Positions 58,275 through 64,000 of a stretch of 64,000 nucleotides of DNA are shown here, piece after piece. Within the stretch, counting starts at the first letter, position 1. The number at the start of each line of letters is the position of its first letter. Location: the NCBI GenBank assembly GCA_965603015.1, contig CBFDBJ010000004.1, forward strand, positions 5,933-69,932, read 5' to 3'. The notes under the pieces are model-generated. The model saw nothing but the letters and a program-made list of their open reading frames with translations. It did no database searches and had not been told where the DNA came from. The position numbers and the translations under genes were made by a program. Source of the stretch: an uncultured Alphaproteobacteria bacterium. GTDB taxonomy: Bacteria; Pseudomonadota; Alphaproteobacteria; M2410.

Positions 58275-59021
58275 ATGACTACTGCAATTTTTGTGGGTGG
58301 CGCGATTGCCTTTGGCGCTGGCGTTCCCTTGGCTGCGACCGGGGATTTCAGCCTGGCCGGGCTGTTTATGAACGCCGACATCGTGGTCAAGGCGGTGATT
58401 GTCGGGCTTGGCCTCGCCAGTCTGTGGTCGTGGGCCATTATCATCGACAAGTGGCTGAAGGTCGGCTCGCTGTCACGCAAGGCCGACAAGTTCGAGGACA
58501 TGTTCTGGTCCGGCAAGTCGCTTGATGACCTTTACAAGAATCTGGGCCACAAGCCGGCCCATCCGATGGCCGTAGTGTTTGTGTCTGCCATGCGGGAGCT
58601 GCGGCGCTCGCTTGAGCGGCGCGGTGTCGACAACGGCAAGTTTTTGACCGTTCATGACCGGATTGAAAAGGTTATGAATGTTACGATCGCCAGAGAAATG
58701 GCGTCGAGCGAAAAGCATCTCGGGTTTCTTGCTACCGTCGGCTCGACGGCCACCTTTGTCGGTCTGTTCGGAACGGTCTGGGGCATCATGAATGCCTTCA
58801 AGTCCATTGCTGCGTCACAGGACACGTCTCTCGCCGTTGTTGCACCGGGGATTGCCGAAGCGCTTTTTGCTACGGCGCTTGGTCTTCTGGCGGCGATCCC
58901 GGCGGTGATTTTCTACAACAAGTTTACCAATGATCTGAACCGCTATGCGGTGCGGCTCGAGGGGTTTGCGGATGAATTCTCTGCGATCCTGTCGCGCCAG
59001 CTTGAAGAACGGGGTGCGTAA
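58275..59021 (+). CDS. tolQ: Tol-Pal system protein TolQ
   Basis: MotA/TolQ/ExbB family, GLFGTVWGIMNAF...AIPAVIFYN. Confidence 0.85.
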   Translation: MTTAIFVGGAIAFGAGVPLAATGDFSLAGLFMNADIVVKAVIVGLGLASLWSWAIIIDKWLKVGSLSRKADKFEDMFWSGKSLDDLYKNLGHKPAHPMAVVFVSAMRELRRSLERRGVDNGKFLTVHDRIEKVMNVTIAREMASSEKHLGFLATVGSTATFVGLFGTVWGIMNAFKSIAASQDTSLAVVAPGIAEALFATALGLLAAIPAVIFYNKFTNDLNRYAVRLEGFADEFSAILSRQLEERGA

Positions 59022-59024
59022 ACC

Positions 59025-59459
59025 ATGGTGGCATCAGTTTCCAGGAAGGACGGTCGGGGGCGCTCACATAGCCGACCGATGAGCGAGATCAATGTGACGC
59101 CTTTTGTGGATGTCATGCTTGTTCTGCTTGTGGTTTTTATGGTCACAGCGCCGCTGCTCGCGGTCGGTGTGCCGGTTAATCTGCCCGATACCCAGGCGCC
59201 GCCTCTGACGGCCAGTGAAGAGCCGTTGACGATCACGATTGATTCCGGCGGGCAGATTTTCCTGCAGGAAACCAATATCGAACTGGGTGAGCTGGTGCCG
59301 CGCCTGCTTGCCATTGCCGAGAACGGCTATGAAGAACGGATCTATATTCGTGCGGACCAGGCCGTTGATTACGGGACGGTCATGGTTGTCATGGGCCATG
59401 TGAACGCTGCCGGGTTTACCCGTCTGGGCCTTGTCAACGATCCAGCGCAGACGGAGTAA
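59025..59459 (+). CDS. tolR: Tol-Pal system protein TolR
   Basis: SEINVTPFVDVMLVLLVVFMV (ExbD/TolR family). Confidence 0.85.
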   Translation: MVASVSRKDGRGRSHSRPMSEINVTPFVDVMLVLLVVFMVTAPLLAVGVPVNLPDTQAPPLTASEEPLTITIDSGGQIFLQETNIELGELVPRLLAIAENGYEERIYIRADQAVDYGTVMVVMGHVNAAGFTRLGLVNDPAQTE

Positions 59460-59463
59460 GTGC

Positions 59464-60342
59464 ATGCGCTTCGGATTTTTCCTTTCTGTGCTTGCCCATG
59501 TCGCCATTGTCATGGCGGCGGTGGTGACGCTGCCGTCGATGTTCGACGGGGCGGAAGAATTCCAGATGCTGCCTGTTGAAATACTCGAAATTGGTTCGGA
59601 GACAAATGTTCGCGCTGCGGCCCTTAAAATTGCCGAGGCGCCCGAGCCCGAACCTGTCAAGGAAGAAGAGCCGAAGTTCGCCGAGGCGCCACCGCCGCCG
59701 GCGCCGCCAGCTATGAATGAGCCCGTCGCCGAAGACGCCATGCCGGCTCTGGCAAAGGCTAGCGATCCAAAGCCAAAACCGAAGAAGGCCGAAAAGTCGT
59801 CGGTGAAAAACACCATGCCGCGGCGCAAGCCAAAACCTCCGGCCCCTCAGAGTAAGGATGAACTCGATCTGGGTGAGTTGCAGGCTCTGCTCGACAAGGC
59901 TCCAAAAGATGAGCCGAAACCTCAGCCGCAGCAGTCGGATGATGCGCTGGATTCTCTGGATGATTTTCTGGCCGAGGATGAGGCAGACCTGCCGCGCAGG
60001 GCAATTGGTCTGGGCGACGGGATGACAATCAGCGAGGTTGATGCGCTGCGGCAGGAAATGCAAAAGTGCTGGCGGCCCCCGACCGGCGCGGCCAATCCCG
60101 AGGAGCTGATCGTCGAACTCAGAATCTTCCTGAATGAGGACGGGTCCCTTGTGCGAGCGCCGCGGGTTGAGCGGTCAGGCACTTCGACATTTGGCAAGAA
60201 TTCCTTCACAATGGCAGCAGAAGAGGCGGCGCGCCGGGCTGTGGTGATGTGCGCGCCGTATGATTTTCTTCCTGCCGATAAATACGAGCGGTGGAAGGAA
60301 GTAACGATTACTTTCGATCCGGCCAGTATGGTTGGATATTGA
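59464..60342 (+). CDS. tolA: Tol-Pal system protein TolA (TM anchor, Pro/Ala/Lys-rich linker and C-terminal domain)
   Basis: MRFGFFLSVLAHVAIVMAAVV anchor, then a low-complexity PEP/KPKPKK linker, in the tolA position. Confidence 0.65.
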   Translation: MRFGFFLSVLAHVAIVMAAVVTLPSMFDGAEEFQMLPVEILEIGSETNVRAAALKIAEAPEPEPVKEEEPKFAEAPPPPAPPAMNEPVAEDAMPALAKASDPKPKPKKAEKSSVKNTMPRRKPKPPAPQSKDELDLGELQALLDKAPKDEPKPQPQQSDDALDSLDDFLAEDEADLPRRAIGLGDGMTISEVDALRQEMQKCWRPPTGAANPEELIVELRIFLNEDGSLVRAPRVERSGTSTFGKNSFTMAAEEAARRAVVMCAPYDFLPADKYERWKEVTITFDPASMVGY

Positions 60343-60391
60343 ACGTGTCCGGTTTTGAGTAGTTTCATGTGTTTTGATAAAGGGTAGAGCG

Positions 60392-61786
60392 ATGCAATTG
60401 GCAGATTTGAAGATGGCGCGGAAAAGCTTTGCAAGAGGGCTCGCGGCTGCAGCGGTTCTGGGACTTGTGCAAACGGTTTTGCCAGCCTCGATGCAGATCA
60501 GCGCTCCGGCGCGGGCAGAAGAGCCGCTTCACATCGTCATTGACCAGGGCAAGGTTGAGCCGCTGCCGATCGCGCTGCCGGGGTTTATCGGAAAATCACA
60601 GGCCGAGCGGGACACCGGGGCCAATATTGCGAAGGTCATTTCCGATGATCTGGAGCGTTCGGGCCTTTTTCGGGCTCTGGATCCACGAAGCTTCATTGAA
60701 AGATCGACGGATTTCGAGACCCTGCCGCGCTTTAATGACTGGCGGATTATCAACACTGAGGCCCTGGTGACAGGCCAGGCGGTTATTCAGGACGATGGCC
60801 GCCTCAGGGTCGAGTTTCGCCTCTGGGACGTGGTGCGGAACCAGCAACTGCGCGGGAAAAAATACTACACAACCCCGGAAAACTGGCGCCGCATAGCGCA
60901 TCTGGTCTCCGACGAGATCTACAGCCGCCTGACCGGCGAGACCGGCTATTTTGATACCCGGGTGGTCTTTGTGCAGGAGAGCGGGCCCAAGATCGCCCGC
61001 CGCAAGCGCCTCGCCATTATGGACCAGGACGGGGCCAATGTGAGCTTTCTGACCGATGGCTTCGATATGGCGCTGACGCCGCGATTCTCGCCCACGGCGC
61101 AGGAAGTGACCTACCTGTCGTATTTTAACAACAAGCCGAGAGTTTATTTGCTCAACATCGAGTCCGGTCAGCAGGAAGTGGTCGGGGACTTCCCCGGGAT
61201 GACATTCGCGCCAAGGTTCTCTCCGGACGGCGGCAAGATCATCATGAGCCTCGACACCCGGGGCAATTCGGACATCTATGTGATGGACCTGCGGAACCGT
61301 CGTCAGACCCGTTTGACCGAACATCCGGCGATTGATACCGCGCCATCCTATGCACCCGACAGCCGTGCGATCAGTTTTGAATCGGATCGTTCCGGACGCC
61401 AGCAGCTTTATGTCATGCGCAGTGATGGCACCGATATTCGGCGGATTTCATGGGGTGAAGGGCGCTATGCCACGCCGGTGTGGAGCCCTCGCGGCGATCT
61501 CATCGCCTTCACGAAAATGCTGCGCGGACGGTTCTATATCGGGGTGATGCGCCCTGACGGCGACCCGAAAACAGAGCGGCTTTTGACCGAAAGTTTCCTT
61601 GATGAAGGTCCGACCTGGGCGCCCAACGGCCGGGTTTTGATGTTTTTCAGGCAGACGCCAAATCGTAGAGATGGATCGGGAGGCACGGTAAAGTTGTGGT
61701 CTGTGGACCTCACGGGCTATAATTTGAGGGAAGTTCCGACCCTGGGGGATGCATCAGACCCTGCATGGTCGCCCTTGATAAAATAG
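60392..61786 (+). CDS. tolB: Tol-Pal system beta-propeller protein TolB
   Basis: Signal peptide, TolB N-domain and repeated ...P.FSPDG..I.F.S.R.G beta-propeller blades. Confidence 0.9.
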   Translation: MQLADLKMARKSFARGLAAAAVLGLVQTVLPASMQISAPARAEEPLHIVIDQGKVEPLPIALPGFIGKSQAERDTGANIAKVISDDLERSGLFRALDPRSFIERSTDFETLPRFNDWRIINTEALVTGQAVIQDDGRLRVEFRLWDVVRNQQLRGKKYYTTPENWRRIAHLVSDEIYSRLTGETGYFDTRVVFVQESGPKIARRKRLAIMDQDGANVSFLTDGFDMALTPRFSPTAQEVTYLSYFNNKPRVYLLNIESGQQEVVGDFPGMTFAPRFSPDGGKIIMSLDTRGNSDIYVMDLRNRRQTRLTEHPAIDTAPSYAPDSRAISFESDRSGRQQLYVMRSDGTDIRRISWGEGRYATPVWSPRGDLIAFTKMLRGRFYIGVMRPDGDPKTERLLTESFLDEGPTWAPNGRVLMFFRQTPNRRDGSGGTVKLWSVDLTGYNLREVPTLGDASDPAWSPLIK

Positions 61787-62066
61787 CAAATCAAGGTTAA
61801 CTTGCCTGCGATGCGGTGAAGCAGGGGGTGAAGCTGCCATATTGGAAGTTTCATTGAGGCCTTTTCGGGGGATTCCTGGCTGCCAGTCGCTGATCGCGAG
61901 AGTAATTTATTGGGGTGAATTAATCGAGGAAGGGATCGAGTTTCAGGGGGCTGATAGCGCTAATGCTATCCAATTCATTTGCAAATAATTCATGCAATGG
62001 TGGTAACGGTCTCATTGGAAGTTTGGTTTTGACCAGAAATTTGGGGATTGTCCGGAAGGAGTCTTT

Positions 62067-62570
62067 TTGATGAGAATGTTACGTTTAAGCAAAATCGCAG
62101 GTCTGGCCGTTGGAGCATTACTGCTCGCCGCATGTTCGGGATACAACGGTACGTCTTCTGTCGCGTCGGATTCGTATGCGGAGCCATCGGGTCCGGTTGC
62201 GGGCTCGCAGGAAGATCTTGAGGCCAATGTTGGTGATCGGATCTACTTTGCCTTTGATCGCTATGACCTCAACGACGCTGCACAGGCTACGCTGCGCCGT
62301 CAGGGTGCATGGATGAAAATGCATCCTTCTGTGACGGTTCTGGTCGCCGGTAACTGCGACGAGCGCGGTACACGCGAATATAACCTTGCTCTTGGTGCGC
62401 GCCGGGCAAACTCCGCCAAGGACTTCCTGACAAGTCTCGGCGTTGATCCAGCTCGTATTTCCACGATCTCCTACGGTAAGGAACGTCCGACCTGCATGGG
62501 TTCCAATGAGGAATGCTGGGCGTTGAACCGGAATGATATTACTTCGGTAACCGGCGGTCCTGCTTCTTAA
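62067..62570 (+). CDS. pal: Peptidoglycan-associated lipoprotein Pal
   Basis: Lipobox LLAACSG plus OmpA_C domain (GNCDERGTREYNLALGARRANSAKDFL). Confidence 0.9.
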   Translation: MMRMLRLSKIAGLAVGALLLAACSGYNGTSSVASDSYAEPSGPVAGSQEDLEANVGDRIYFAFDRYDLNDAAQATLRRQGAWMKMHPSVTVLVAGNCDERGTREYNLALGARRANSAKDFLTSLGVDPARISTISYGKERPTCMGSNEECWALNRNDITSVTGGPAS

Positions 62571-62790
62571 GACCCGGTCGATGTGATAGCGACTTTTGGG
62601 CGCCCTTGCTTCATTGCAGGGGCGCCTTTCGTCGTTTCTTTACCGCTTGTATGGTATTGAGATCATCCGAAATCGCCGCCGCCCTAATTTGGGCGAAGTT
62701 GCGAGATAGTGTGTTGGTGAAATCAACCGTGGCAGAGATGTGAGGTCTCATTTTTGTTGCACGGTTTCTTTGTTACGAGGATTAAGGCAA

Positions 62791-63693
62791 ATGACTGGTT
62801 TGCGATTGAACAAAAAAGCTCCCGTAGTAGCTGTGATCACGGCGTTGGCAGTGACACTCTTTTCAAGCTCGGCGAGTTTTTCGCAGGACAATCGGAAGCG
62901 GGATGATCAAATGGATGCGCTGAATGCGCGGATCGACTGGATGGAACAGTCCCTGATCGAGCTGCAAAGCACCGAGGGCAATTATGGCGGGGCGTCGCCG
63001 ATGAACACGGCAGGTTCTTTTGATCAGCAGGAAGACCCTGCTATCACAAGGGTTCTGACACGGCTTGACGATCTGGAAAATCAGATCCGCTCTCTCACCA
63101 ATCAGCTGGAACAAACAACGTTCCGGATTGAACAGGCAAACCGCGATCTCCAGTCGCTTTCCAAGGATGCTGATTTCCGTCTGCGTACTCTTGAGCAGGG
63201 CGGCACGGCCGGGCAGCAAGGCATGCCGCCAGCTCATTCAGCCCCGATGCCGCAATCAACGCCCGAGGAACAGAGCCTGGGAACCATTCCGGTTGATCCG
63301 GCTACGGGCAATTATCAGGAAGATTACGACGGGGCGCTGTCGCATCTGCGCCGTGGCGAGCATGAAAATGCTGAGCAGGCACTGCGTCTGTTCCTCGACA
63401 ATCACAGCGATTCAGACCTCGCCGGCAATGCACAATACTGGCTCGGTGAAAGCTACTATGTCCGCGAAATGTGGCGACCGGCGGCTCAGAGTTTTCTGAT
63501 CTGTGTACAGAAGTACAAGAACGGTCTCAAAGCGCCGGATTGTATGCTGAAGCTGGGCATGTCGCTTGGGGCTATGGGTGAAAAGAAAAAGGCGTGCAAG
63601 ACCTTGAGTGAAATCACCCGGCGTTTCCCCGATGCCTCACAGACCATCCAGCAGCGCGCACGTTCAGAACGCCAGCGCAGTGGTTGCACCTGA
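62791..63693 (+). CDS. cpoB: Cell division coordinator CpoB/YbgF (coiled coil plus TPR)
   Basis: Signal peptide, coiled-coil stretch, then C-terminal TPR-like AQYWLGESYY...; last gene of the tol-pal operon. Confidence 0.75.
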   Translation: MTGLRLNKKAPVVAVITALAVTLFSSSASFSQDNRKRDDQMDALNARIDWMEQSLIELQSTEGNYGGASPMNTAGSFDQQEDPAITRVLTRLDDLENQIRSLTNQLEQTTFRIEQANRDLQSLSKDADFRLRTLEQGGTAGQQGMPPAHSAPMPQSTPEEQSLGTIPVDPATGNYQEDYDGALSHLRRGEHENAEQALRLFLDNHSDSDLAGNAQYWLGESYYVREMWRPAAQSFLICVQKYKNGLKAPDCMLKLGMSLGAMGEKKKACKTLSEITRRFPDASQTIQQRARSERQRSGCT

Positions 63694-63856
63694 CCGGGAT
63701 CGGCCTTCAATAACGAAATGTGAAATGCCGTGGGCTCTGCCTGCGGTATTTTTTTGTTTCCAGGCTTGACTTGTAACCTCGATCACCCTATATGATACCT
63801 TAAGGTGTCGTTATGATACCTGTTAGTCATTATTTAGTGAGCAGGAGGGCATAGAA

Positions 63857-64000
63857 TGGCTGAATCCCCGGGCTTTTCGGCAGAGCAGTTTTCAGACCGG
63901 TTTCTGACCCGTTCTGCATATGCAATGCTGCTGGTTGCGGTTGGGTACAGCGCAGAGGCGGCAGAGCCCTATGTTTCAGAGCCGGTCGTTCAAGTGCTCG
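63857..64000 (+). CDS. Hypothetical protein, 5' fragment that runs off the window end
   Basis: ATG at 63857 preceded by AGGAGGG; the open frame continues to the window end. Confidence 0.3.

Overview
The window reads as a ~58% GC alphaproteobacterial chromosome segment, judged from gene content such as DUF1013, DUF1192, DUF1465, DUF465, COQ9-like/RpsU-divergent protein, the psd-pssA pair and ruvCAB-ybgC-tolQRAB-pal-cpoB. Most of it is densely packed housekeeping: OmpA lipoprotein, pepF, pntAA/AB/B, a PAS histidine kinase, feoAB, rpsU, def, purEK, ubiX, an acyl-CoA synthetase, an MCP, a porin, psd-pssA, rpmE, an MsbA-like ABC exporter, suhB, efp, thiE, pgk-gap-tkt, zapA-(6S RNA candidate)-ygfA, ymdB, yeiH, yebC, ruvCAB and the complete tol-pal operon. 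The accessory-looking part is a minus-strand cluster at ~12.7-20.4 kb. It holds three tandem CYP153-family (alkane-hydroxylase type) P450 paralogues, one putidaredoxin-type [2Fe-2S] ferredoxin, a Rieske-domain fusion protein with a long uncharacterised C-terminal domain, a MerR regulator and a divergent winged-helix regulator with a Cys-rich C-terminus. No ferredoxin reductase is present in the cluster. The other stand-out items are (i) an orphan MotA/TolQ-like plus MotB/Pal-like pair whose B subunit carries a ~200-aa periplasmic coiled coil, (ii) a family of three ~110-120 bp structured intergenic repeats with two conserved hairpins and a compensatory substitution, (iii) a probable 6S RNA between zapA and ygfA, and (iv) a 36-codon CoxIV-like micro-ORF upstream of pnt. 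All calls come from reading the sequence and ORF translations; no database search was run.
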